This document shows, one piece after another, positions 19,735 through 32,100 of a stretch of DNA of 64,000 bases. The notes below the pieces were generated by a model, which saw only the letters and a program-made list of their open reading frames with translations, was not told the DNA's origin and searched no databases. The DNA is taken from contig CH464491.1 in NCBI GenBank assembly GCA_000002445.1, positions 256,001 through 320,000 of the forward strand. Direction: 5' to 3'. This DNA is from Trypanosoma brucei (taxonomy: Eukaryota). Position numbers and translations under genes: made by a program. Position 1 is the stretch's first letter; each line of letters starts with the position of its first letter.

Positions 19735-20989
19735 CCAAAGCGTGTGTGAAGAGCATAAAAGTAAGTCACGGCAGGAGCACATCGCATGTTTCGCTTTGTT
19801 GTGGTTTTCTTGTGAGATAAATAATTTCCCCTACCATCGGAATGGGTTACTTATAAAATTTTGTAATACTTAACACTTATATTTGTAAATGCCATGTGCC
19901 TCCCTATTGTGTGTGTGTGTGTGTTTCTAAAAAATTATTTTGGTATTGATGGTAGTAGTCGCACTGGCGTGTTTTTTAAAATGTTGAATAAGATCTGTGC
20001 AAGTGGAGGTGAACAAGGGCTTAGAACTTATGTATATTGAGGATACCTTGCTCTTTTACGCGCCTTTTGTACTTGCCGTCCCCTCTCTCCCGACCCTCGT
20101 CATGTTTTACCGGAGGCCTTGGAACATATGGAGCAAGCGGTGACGTTGCTGACTTGGGTGTTAAAAAAAAAGGAAGTATACAAAAGTGTAACTAAGTTGT
20201 TAGAGGGATGATACTTGAAGGAGTAGCGAAGGCACTGGAGAGGTTAAGGGGAAAAATTTTTTCGTTCGTCACCATATCAGTACTACGTGCTTATGTATTC
20301 CTACATATACAATGCGTTGTAGCCAGGTGATTGGTCGACTTGAGGTCGGAATGGATGCACGGGAAAGATTGGTTGTATGTAAGTCTGCGTGTTAACTTTT
20401 TTAGGGGATCCTGTGGAAGGGATAAACTATTCATAGCGCCCCCCCCCAAAAAAAAAGTGTTATACACCTTTCTGTTTAATATTTTTACATGAAAAAGATT
20501 AGAGGAAGTTTTCCTTAACTTGTAAGTGCTGAATAACCTCCTGCCATTCTATGAGCGAGTCCGACGTTGTACAAATGTACAAGAGCATTTTGTCTATCAT
20601 TTCCTTTCCTTACATTTTATCCTTTTGGTATGGGATAGGTAGGGCGCTGACTGTTCGTAGGAGGGACCGCTTAAAGTGTATGCGTTGGGCTATGCCGTGC
20701 TTGATTTTTCACACCACTACGGTTTTGGCTGTGTTATAGCTTTTTCTAAAGTCAAACCAGACACAACATTTTTTATTTTATGTTTTTTTTTGATCCATTT
20801 GTTTATGCTCAAAGTGAGTTGAATCCACTTTTCCACTTTCCCCCATTTTCACTTGGCAGGCTGTGGAGTCTGGTGGTTCCAAATGGCCTATTTCGTGTGT
20901 GTGGGACTTATACCTCAATTAAAATAGGAGAGGTAAACATGCACACGCACACACACGCATACCTATATATATGCGTGTGTACGTGTGTG

Positions 20990-21135
20990 TTCCCCTTGCT
21001 CCCGGGTGTTTTCACCGGTCACTTACTGTAGGTACGTCGTTCATTCTCCTTCCCCCACCTTCTAGCGGTGGTTGTAATATTCGTTGCCTTCTCTTTCCCT
21101 TTTTTGAACATTGCTTTTTTTTTTTCTCACTGGTG
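20990..21135 (+). promoter_or_regulatory. Polypyrimidine tract upstream of ORF 21178. Probable splice-acceptor region.
   Basis: Includes ccttctctttcccttttttgaacattgctttttttttttctcac, immediately 5' of the ATG. Confidence 0.5.
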
Positions 21136-21177
21136 TGGATGTGAATAACCGCAGCAACACCTATCAGGGGGTGGAGT

Positions 21178-22815
21178 ATGACGAACAGAGAAAACACGTG
21201 GGTTCACGTTGGGGAATCGCCACTTTTTCAGTTTCGCGTCAAGAATATTACCACCATCTCTTTCATACGTCTTCAATGTAGTCCACGTGACGATGTCCTT
21301 ACCCCCTTGAAAGACAGTTGCATTACTCTCTGGGCAAAATATTCCCCTTATGTGAGGACTGCGGATGGTGTGCTCTGTGATCTTCCCCCGTATGTTGTTG
21401 CATCTTTCAGATTCGACGAGACGGGCGAGGCGGTTTCGTCGGCACTTGCGTGGGTGTTACAAGAGGGATCGGCTGTTACGATTTGTGTCGCAACTGACAC
21501 GGGTGTCCCGGAGGTTCTGAGAGACGATGCGGCGGAGAGGTCTGCTGCTGCGCCTTGGGCTGCGTCGTATGGGTTAGGATGTAACATCAGTGTTTCACTT
21601 TTTGGGACGGAAAAACTGAGGGACTACTACCTGTCATCTTGGAGGCCCCTGTTGGTCTACCGGTGGTTCGAGCTGAAGGATTGTGTTCGTGAGGCAACTA
21701 TTCTACCATCGCGGTACAGGGGTCCGCTAACACCAAACAGTACTTTAAAGTTTCGTAAACGCCGTTTTCTACACGGTGGTGTGCGGGAGGCTAAATGCAT
21801 TTCTTCATGTGGTAATTACGTGCTTTGGGCAGATGGAACCATGGGACCCGCTGGCGAGGTGGTTCCGTACTGGAGGCGATTTGCGCCAGCGAGGGTGGAC
21901 AAGCGTGTTCGAGTGCGCGCCTTTCCTCATCGTTTTGCTGACATTGTTGGTGAGGTGCCCTTCGGTTGCATGGTCGAAGCCATTGGCAAGAAGGTTGACC
22001 CCTCGACACGTGAGGAATACGTGTTGCTTGTCTTGGGGGTACTCCCAAACGCGGCGTCATTGGCTGAGGCGTATGAGTTAACATACATTGAAACTGGCAA
22101 GTGGATCTGGGGGTGGTCAAAAATTGCGACGAGGAACGGCATGGTCTTGTTGGTAGAGGTTAGCGACACGTGCGGTGCCACCGCCGAAGGCCAAATGTGG
22201 GTTGAACACTTGCCGGAACCCGCGTTTTACACATCGGCTAGTGACGACCGCCGCGTCCGTATCCGTCGGGGACCGTCGTTACATGACGACGTCGTTGGGC
22301 ATCTGGAGCGCAACGAGGTAAAACTAGCTGTCGCTTTGTGGCACCCCGTCGATGGAGCTATCTGCGGGGCGATCCCTTCGGAGGACGTAAATAACACAAA
22401 TAGTGATCATGGAGCGGGACCACGGGGTGAGAAAGTACCTCAGAGTGTTCTGCACCACTTTGTGGAGTGGGAAAGTGGGGGATTTTCGCTTTTGCGGAAC
22501 AACGACCGTGTCTACCTCGTCGCCGTAGAACTAAGAAAAGAACCGCGCCACTTTCCTGTTTGTCCTCGACCGGAGCCACAGTCTCCGGAAATCATATCCA
22601 TTTCAAGAAAGCGGGCGCGAGCGGAGTCCCCCGTTAGTGAAGCAAGCGAAAAAGCAAAAGCAGATGCACCCAGCTCGCAGTTATGGAGCCCCTCAATGCT
22701 ACCAGAAGCGGTTACTATGGGGCTGAAGTCCGGACGTGTGCGATTGGAGGATCTGCCAACCATTGAATCTGCCGGAGGATCATGTGGGTCATTATCTTCC
22801 TTTGAGGGTGACTAA
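21178..22815 (+). CDS. Hypothetical protein (545 aa) with two internally similar segments
   Basis: Long ORF on the cluster strand with a strong polypyrimidine tract at 20990-21135. Weak internal duplication (RVRVRAFPHRFADIVGEVPFG versus RVRIRRGPSLHDDVVGHLERNEV). No recognisable domain. Confidence 0.5.
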   Translation: MTNRENTWVHVGESPLFQFRVKNITTISFIRLQCSPRDDVLTPLKDSCITLWAKYSPYVRTADGVLCDLPPYVVASFRFDETGEAVSSALAWVLQEGSAVTICVATDTGVPEVLRDDAAERSAAAPWAASYGLGCNISVSLFGTEKLRDYYLSSWRPLLVYRWFELKDCVREATILPSRYRGPLTPNSTLKFRKRRFLHGGVREAKCISSCGNYVLWADGTMGPAGEVVPYWRRFAPARVDKRVRVRAFPHRFADIVGEVPFGCMVEAIGKKVDPSTREEYVLLVLGVLPNAASLAEAYELTYIETGKWIWGWSKIATRNGMVLLVEVSDTCGATAEGQMWVEHLPEPAFYTSASDDRRVRIRRGPSLHDDVVGHLERNEVKLAVALWHPVDGAICGAIPSEDVNNTNSDHGAGPRGEKVPQSVLHHFVEWESGGFSLLRNNDRVYLVAVELRKEPRHFPVCPRPEPQSPEIISISRKRARAESPVSEASEKAKADAPSSQLWSPSMLPEAVTMGLKSGRVRLEDLPTIESAGGSCGSLSSFEGD

Positions 22816-23179
22816 AGAAAAGGGTACACCCATAGGAGGGCTGCTTTAAGTAAATATTCGTAAAAGCACCTCGCTCATGCCCTTTCTTTTGGGAATTTTT
22901 TAATAAACATTTTTTTTTTACAAGTTCTAACTGCATCGTTACGCTGTGACCCAACAATCATCATCGGAAGGCGGATAAGTCGTACACTGCGTAGTGTGCA
23001 AAAACAAAACGAGAAAGAAGTAAAGTCATTCAAAAATAGTTTAAAAAATTTGCATTATCTCATAGCCAGTCTCAATTTCACAAAAAAGAAAGTAAAGAAA
23101 CAATTCAAGGGAATCAAAAAGAGAACGCAAGAAAATATAGAGACGATATTGACACGCAATACACTCGCAACGTCTTTGT

Positions 23180-26100
23180 GTGCGAGTCACCATAAACATG
23201 GCGTGTCAAGAGGTAAATAGTGAAGTTCCTGACAGCGATGTAGTTTTCCATGACACCATTTTTATGAGAAACAACAAACACGTCTCGGAGCAATGGATTC
23301 GTATTGGCGAATTGTACCCCAATGGTGCGAAGGAATCATTGCTCCCGGAGACGTTTGCACGCGAACAGTTCGGACAAGGAAGTCACTATGAGTGCTTCAT
23401 GCTTTCTGCCCTCGCCACTTTAGTAAAATTCCCCGACATCATTCGGAACTGCTTCGTGTCGAGGAATGTGCGGCGTGACGGGAGGTACACTTTTCAGTTC
23501 TTTCGTGACAAGGAATGGGTGAAGGTTGAAATTGATGACTCTGTTATGCTTGAGGATGATGAAGTTTTGTTCATCCGATCACCCACTAGTCATTGGTGGC
23601 CGCTACTGTTTGAGAAGGCTTATGCGAAATTCTACACCAGCTACGACAATTTGGAGGGTTGTACCTTACAGGAGGCGTACCATGACTTAACTGGCAACCC
23701 CGTGCTCAACATCCCCATGGACGCGAGGCTTGCCAAGGCTGCAGGTGTGGATGTGACTGGAGGTCAGTATTGGCTTGACCTCGCACAGAAGCTGCAATCC
23801 GGCCAGTTTGTTGGTTCGCTGCTGACGAGGGAAACGGACCTTGAGTCGATGGGTTTGCAGAGTGAGCAACAATACGGGATACTAGAGATTTTTTCGCTAA
23901 CTGGGACATCATCTGTAAGCGACATTGTGATTCACCTATACAACCCATTCGAGGACGAGGAATTCACGTACAAAGGCCCGCTGAACAGTAAGGACACGGA
24001 GTGGACCCCCAAACTCCGTGAAAAGTATAACGTGGATGATACGCACTCCATATTTCTTCCGCTACACGTTGCCCTGAAGATCGTAAATTCGGTGCAACTT
24101 TGCTACATATCCCCTATTGATGGTGACGCGACGTATTTTGATGATGAGTGGAAGGGTGAAACTGCGGGAGGGAACCCCACGAGTGTAACATGGCGCAAGA
24201 ACCCCCTATACTGCGTCAGGAACGCTGGGATCAACCCCGTGGAACTGGTTGTCGTGATTAAGCAGAAGGATCAACGTCATCTTTGGACATCAGAAGATGA
24301 TGAACTGATGTACAAAAGGTGTGGCATTGTTGTTGTTCAGAGTACCACAGTCACACAAATACCGACATATTTTGTAACAGGGAACAATCACAAAGCAATA
24401 CACAAGAGTTTGTTCCTAAACTCTCGTGAAGTGTCCAGTTTCGTTCGGATACCACCTAATTCCTTGTGCTACCTTGTACCTTCTTGCATGAAGAAGGGAG
24501 CGGAGAGTGCATTTACGCTCGCACTGTACCGGATGAAGCACCAAAATTATACGGAGTTCAATGTTAGTCGACTTGCTCTGCCGAAATTGCTGTGGCACAA
24601 TCCTATCCAAGAGAAACTCCAACTTCAAATGTTCACAAAGGATAGAAGGGATTTTTACGTCGATATACCCACTGACATTCACATTTTGATGCATCAAGAA
24701 AAACCGTTTGTAAGTGAGAAGACCGGTGGTGATGCTATGGTTCAGGATTACGTTGGTGTCTACCTTTATGATGACACGGACCGTAAGATTGGAGGTGTGC
24801 ACGCTGCGACGAATTTCAGGGAAACAAGTGTCTTGCATCGCCTTCCTCGTAGTGGTCGTTATGCTATTTCAATTACGTGTCCCCGGGCAAGTGGTGAAGT
24901 ACCCATTGCTCTCACAATTGTTGGTTCTCCTGATGCTAATGTTCGTATTGTTGAGGCTCCTGATGATGCCTCCATGTTTGATGATGAGGATGATATTGCA
25001 GAGGGTGATGAGGATGCTACTGTTTCTAATCCCATTGACTACATTCCTGTTGCTGGTGGAGGGCAGGTGTTCACTGAGGTACCCGATAGTACGGTCCCAT
25101 TTGAAGATAAACGTTTCATGGTTGATAATAAGATTATGACGAATGAACCGTGGATCCACATTGGTGACCTTTATCCTGAGGGAAAGACGCGCTCACTTTT
25201 GCCGGAGCGTCTGAGTCGTGAGCAGTTTGAGCAGGGTGAACACTTCGAGTGCTGTTGTCTGACCGCTTTTGCAGCGCTGGTGGAGCACCACCCCAACGTA
25301 ATTCGTGACGCGTTTGTGACGAAGGCTGTACGACGTGACGGACGGTACACGTTCCGGTTCCACCGCTACGGTCAGTGGGTGAAGGTGGAGATTGATGATC
25401 GTATTCCCCTTCTTGGTGGGAAAACTTTATTCTGTCGATCATCTGATGGTTATTGGTGGCCACTACTACTAGAGAAGGCGTATGCTAAGTTCTACACACT
25501 ATACCAAAATATTGAGGGATGTACGCTGCGGGAACTGTTTTACGACCTAACAGGGCTTCCTGTGCTTAGCATTCCGATGGAGTTGAAACTCGCGAAGGCT
25601 GTACTGTGTGATGTTGATGATGTGAGTTTTTGGGTTGAGCTCAGTGAGGGTCTGAAGGATTGTGCGTGTGCTGCCGTTGCACGCCCCGGTTTCGATGACA
25701 CCCTTGGTTTGTCCAATGGGCAAGAGTACGCTGTCCTTGATGTGGTATCGTTAACGGATGGTGAGGCCTCTTCCATATCTGATCTTGTTGTAAAACTTCA
25801 TAATCCGTTTCTGGAGACTGAGTACAAAGGCCCTATGAATGCAAGCGATGCTGCGTGGTCGTCTGAGCTGCGTACCCGTCTATGTCCGGAGCGACGGGAT
25901 ACTATCTACATTCCCGTGGAAGTTTTCTGCAATGCATTTCTCACTGTGGAGAAAGTTATGGTGCGTGGTCTTATTGTTCCCGGGTGGCAATTCAACAGTG
26001 AATGGGGTGAGGGCACGAACGGTGGCAATCCAACACTTGTGACGTGGCGTGAGAACCCCATTTACGTTGTGCAGAACACTGCGGATACCCCGTTACAGAT

Positions 26101-29100
26101 TATTGCAATGATTGGGCAACCTGATCAGCGTCGCGTGCTACACCTTCTCCCCGAGCAAGAGGTAAACTACGTTCAATGTGGGTTGTCGCTTGCCAAGAGT
26201 ATTAAGGGTGAATCGATCCCGACATACTTGCTGACACCCAATAGTCATGTTTTGATTCATAAGGGCCGTTTCTTTTCTTACCGTGAAGTAGCTGATGTTA
26301 TTGTTGTTCCGGGGAATAGCCTCACTTTTCTCGTTCCAAGCGCGATGTTTCGTGACAAAACGAAGTTTCTTCTCTCGTACTGGTACTCTAGTGCGAACGA
26401 CAGGAACAGTGTTACAATTGAGCGTCTTAATTTGGGTGTTGCGCGGCATCTTCCAGCCATTGCCCATCTCACTGTCAAAGAGAGGGTGAGGGAGCAAGTG
26501 GATTTTATTGTCGATGTTCCCACTGACGTTCATATCCTTCTTCGTCAAGAAAAACCCTGCCACGGTGACAGTGTTTCAAATGCCTTGACAGATGATTTTC
26601 TTGCCATGTATTTGTATAATTCTGAAGATGATCAACTCAGTGGTGTTGTGACCGCGACCAACTACAGGGAGATGGGAATAGTTCATCACCTCTCCGAAGG
26701 GGGGAGATATGTAATTTACGTTGTTTGCCCTCGTGCTGAGGGTGAGGTTCCTTTGAGAATAGAAATTGTCGCTATGCAGTCGGCCCAGGTTCGCACAGTG
26801 GAAGCATTACCCTTGTGCAAATCAATCTTGCAGGTGGAAAAAGAGCTAAAGCTGAGTACTGGGTCCTTGCCATACTCACCACTCCTTATAAGCGAAGGGG
26901 ATCTCAAAAATTTCTCGGGGCGACTATCGGACAACTCTATGCGGTTGGAGAGTTCCAGTGACCCTGACTTATCTTTCCTTGGAGCCGAGGTGGAAGGAAT
27001 TCCCACCCTGGATCTCACTCTGATGAGCGACTCTTCATTTTCTGAGATGGCACGTGAGCGCATGCAATTAAAGCGGGATCCCATTGCTAATGCGAGTCGT
27101 TTGGCTGAGGTTGAAGATAGTATGGTGGCACGTGCGAATGCTATTGCCAAGGAAATGCATTTGAGAGAGCGGCGATATCTGAACCCTGAGCCTGAGGGTG
27201 TCCCCCTTGAGTTGCTTCCTTTAAACGAGGACGAAGTTGTGAGTGAGAAGGAGGACCGCCTCCGTGCGCTGAATCGTAAGGAGCAGAAGGACGAGAAACT
27301 GTTACGGAGTCTTGAGGACGTGATAGCGGACCGTGTACACGAGATCGCGAGGGAGCTGAAGGTGAGTGAACGTGATCTGTTCCTTGATCCCACTCCAGGA
27401 GGTTTCCCTGTAGCGCAGCTTCCGCTGGACGAAGACGATGTGTTTCATTCACTCGAAGTGGAGCGACTGCAACTGCGACTGCGTCAGGATTCCCTTGCTA
27501 GCAAAGAAAGAATTGCTGAACTGGAAAACATGATGAATTGTAGGACTACGGAGCTCATCGACAAAATGAAAGAAGAGATTAGGAAGTTTCTTGACCCCAC
27601 CCCACTAGGAATACCACTTGAAGAACTAAAACTGGACGAACACGACAATTATGTTGCAAAAGAGATAAGCCTAATTGGAATGATAAGAAAAGGGAAAAAA
27701 GAATCACAGGAAGCAATTTCAATTCGGGAACAGTTACTTCAAATAGAATACGCTGTTGCCAAGGAACACTTAAACAACTTTAGGATACAGTACCTCGGAG
27801 ACGACATTGAGGGTCGCCAACCGAACGAATTAAACTTAGAAGAAGAAGAAACTTATATGCAGATGGAGAGAAAATTGATTGAATACTACAACAGTAATCA
27901 ACGTAACAGCGAAGAAGCGCAGAAAATAAGAGTAAATCTACTTCACAAAGCTACAAAAGCATCAAAGCATTTAAATCGATCCGAGAGAAAAAACTACATT
28001 AAGAGAGACAGACTCGAGATTTCAATATCAAACATTCCGCTTGATGACAACGAACAGTTCACAACATTAGAAGCGGAACGAATAAGAAAAAAAAGAAATA
28101 AAAAAAATTCAGAGGTTGAACAAATAGAAATGGAACTCAACAATATAGCACAACAGCTAGCTAAACTGAAAGCATCCGATAGCCGCAGCTTCCTTGATCC
28201 TATGCCAGAAGGAGTGCCGTTGAGTGAGCTTGAATTGGACAAGGATGAGAAGTTCAGCACCATGGAAGAGGAGCGTCGTAAGCTTATTGCTGAGGATCGT
28301 GAAGATAATGCAACACGCATTGCTGAATTAGAAGCAGCAATGAACGAGTATTCACATGAGCTTGCTAAACTGAAAGCATCCGATAGCCGCAGCTTCCTTG
28401 ATCCTATGCCAGAAGGAGTGCCGTTGAGTGAGCTTGAATTGGATAAGGATGAGAAGTTCAGCACCATGGAAGAGGAGCGTCGTAAGCTTATTGCTGAGGA
28501 TCGTGAAGGTAATGCTGCGCGCATTGCTGAATTAGAAGCAGCAATGAACGAGCATTCACATGAGCTTGCTAAACTGAAAGCATCCGATAGCCGCAGCTTC
28601 CTTGATCCTATGCCAGAAGGAGTGCCGTTGAGTGAGCTTGAATTGGATAAGGATGAGAAGTTCAGCACCATGGAAGAGGAGCGTCGTAAGCTTATTGCTG
28701 AGGATCGTGAAGATAATGCAACACGCATTGCTGAATTAGAAGCAGCAATGAACGAGTATTCACATGAGCTTGCTAAACTGAAAGCATCCGATAGCCGCAG
28801 CTTCCTTGATCCTATGCCAGAAGGAGTGCCGTTGAGTGAGCTTGAATTGGATAAGGATGAGAAGTTCAGCACCATGGAAGAGGAGCGTCGTAAGCTTATT
28901 GCTGAGGATCGTGAAGGTAATGCTGCACGCATTGCTGAACTAGAAGCTGCAATGAACGAGCATTCACATGAGCTTGCTAAACTGAAAGCATCCGATAGCC
29001 GCAGCTTCCTTGATCCTATGCCAGAAGGAGTGCCGTTGAGTGAGCTAGGATTGGATAAGGATGAGAAGTTCAGCACCATGGAAGAGGAGCGTCGTAAGCT

Positions 29101-32100
29101 TATTGCTGAGGATCGTGAAGGTAATGCAACACGCATTGCTGAATTAGAAGCAGCAATGAACGAGCATTCACATAAGCTTGCTAAACTGAAAGCATCCGAT
29201 AGCCGCAGCTTCCTTGATCCTATGCCAGAAGGAGTGCCGTTGAGTGAGCTTGAATTGGATAAGGATGAGAAGTTCAGCACCATGGAAGAGGAGCGTCGTA
29301 AGCTTATTGCTGAGGATCGTGAAGGTAATGCTGCACGCATTGCTGAACTAGAAGCTGCAATGAACGAGCATTCACATGAGCTTGCTAAACTGAAAGCATC
29401 CGATAGCCGCAGCTTCCTTGATCCTATGCCAGAAGGAGTGCCACTAAGTGAGCTTGAATTGGATAAGGATGAGAAGTTCAGCACCATGGAAGAGGAGCGT
29501 CGTAAGCTTATTGCTGAGGATCGTGAAGGTAATGCTGCACGCATTGCTGAATTAGAAGCAGCAATGAACGAGCATTCACATGAGCTTGCTAAACTGAAAG
29601 CATCCGATAGCCGCAGCTTCCTTGATCCTATGCCAGAAGGAGTGCCGTTGAGTGAGCTTGAATTGGACAAGGATGAGAAGTTCAGCACCATGGAAGAGGA
29701 GCGTCGTAAGCTTATTGCTGAGGATCGTGAAGGTAATGCTGCACGCATTGCTGAATTAGAAGCAGCAATGAACGAGCATTCACATGAGCTTGCTAAACTG
29801 AAAGCATCCGATAGCCGCAGCTTCCTTGATCCTATGCCAGAAGGAGTGCCGTTGAGTGAGCTTGAATTGGATAAGGATGAGAAGTTCAGCACCATGGAAG
29901 AGGAGCGTCGTAAGCTTATTGCTGAGGATCGTGAAGGTAATGCTGCACGCGTTGCTGAACTAGAAGCTGCAATGAACGAGCATTCACATGAGCTTGCTAA
30001 ACTGAAAGCATCCGATAGCCGCAGCTTCCTTGATCCTATGCCAGAAGGAGTGCCGTTGAGTGAGCTAGGATTGGATAAGGATGAGAAGTTCAGCACCATG
30101 GAAGAGGAGCGTCGTAAGCTTATTGCTGAGGATCGTGAAGGTAATGCTGCACGCATTGCTGAACTAGAAGCAGCAATGAACGAGCATTCACATGAGCTTG
30201 CTAAACTGAAAGCATCCGATAGCCGCAGCTTCCTTGATCCTATGCCAGAAGGAGTGCCGTTGAGTGAGCTTGAATTGGATAAGGATGAGAAGTTCAGCAC
30301 CATGGAAGAGGAGCGTCGTAAGCTCATTGCTGAGGATCGTGAAGGTAATGCTGCACGCATTGCTAGACTTGAGGAGAGGATGAACGAACTTTCCCGTGAA
30401 CTCGCAAGAATGAAGTTGAAGGATCGCAGCTTCCTTGATCCTATGCCAGAAGGAGTGCCACTAAGTGAGCTTGAATTGGATAAGGATGAGAAGTTCAGCA
30501 CCATGGAAGAGGAGCGTCGTAAGCTCATTGCTGAGGATCGTGAAGGTAATGCAACACGCATTGCTGAATTAGAAGCAGCTATGAACGAGCATTCACATGA
30601 GCTTGCTAAACTGAAAGCATCCGATAGCCGCAGCTTCCTTGATCCTATGCCAGAAGGAGTGCCGTTGAGTGAGCTTGAATTGGATAAGGATGAGAAGTTC
30701 AGCACCATGGAAGAGGAGCGTCGTAAGCTCATTGCTGAGGATCGTGAAGGTAATGCAACACGCATTGCTGAATTAGAAGCAGCAATGAGCGAGCATTCAC
30801 ATGAGCTTGCTAAACTGAAAGCATCCGATAGCCGCAGCTTCCTTGATCCTATGCCAGAAGGAGTGCCACTAAGTGAGCTTGAATTGGATAAGGATGAGAA
30901 GTTCAGCACCATGGAAGAGGAGCGTCGTAAGCTTATTGCTGAGGATCGTGAAGGTAATGCTGCACGCATTGCTGAACTAGAAGCAGCTATGAACGAGCAT
31001 TCACATGAGCTTGCTAAACTGAAAGCATCCGATAGCCGCAGCTTCCTTGATCCTATGCCAGAAGGAGTGCCGCTAAGTGAGCTTGAATTGGATAAGGATG
31101 AGAAGTTCAGCACCATGGAAGAGGAGCGTCGTAAGCTTATTGCCGAGGATCGTGAAGGTAATGCTGCACGCATTGCTGAACTAGAAGCAGCGATGAACGA
31201 GCATTCACATGAGCTTGCTAAACTGAAAGCATCCGATAGCCGCAGCTTCCTTGATCCTATGCCAGAAGGAGTGCCGTTGAGTGAGCTTGAATTGGACAAG
31301 GATGAGAAGTTCAGCACCATGGAAGAGGAGCGTCGTAAGCTTATTGCTGAGGATCGTGAAGGTAATGCTGCACGCATTGCTGAACTAGAAGCAGCAATGA
31401 ACGAGCATTCACATGAGCTTGCTAAACTGAAAGCATCCGATAGCCGCAGCTTCCTTGATCCTATGCCAGAAGGAGTGCCGTTGAGTGAGCTTGAATTGGA
31501 TAAGGATGAGAAGTTCAGCACCATGGAAGAGGAGCGTCGTAAGCTTATTGCTGAGGATCGTGAAGGTAATGCTGCACGCATTGCTGAACTAGAAGCAGCA
31601 ATGAACGAGCATTCACATGAGCTTGCTAAACTGAAAGCATCCGATAGCCGCAGCTTCCTTGATCCTATGCCAGAAGGAGTGCCGTTGAGTGAGCTAGGAT
31701 TGGATAAGGATGAGAAGTTCAGCACCATGGAAGAGGAGCGTCGTAAGCTTATTGCTGAGGATCGTGAAGGTAATGCAGCACGCATTGCTGAACTAGAAGC
31801 AGCAATGAACGAGCATTCACATGAGCTTGCTAAACTGAAAGCATCCGATAGCCGCAGCTTCCTTGATCCTATGCCAGAAGGAGTGCCGTTGAGTGAGCTT
31901 GAATTGGATAAGGATGAGAAGTTCAGCACCATGGAAGAGGAGCGTCGTAAGCTTATTGCTGAGGATCGTGAAGGTAATGCTGCACGCATTGCTGAATTAG
32001 AAGCAGCAATGAACGAGCATTCACATGAGCTTGCTAAACTGAAAGCATCCGATAGCCGCAGCTTCCTTGATCCTATGCCAGAAGGAGTGCCGTTGAGTGA

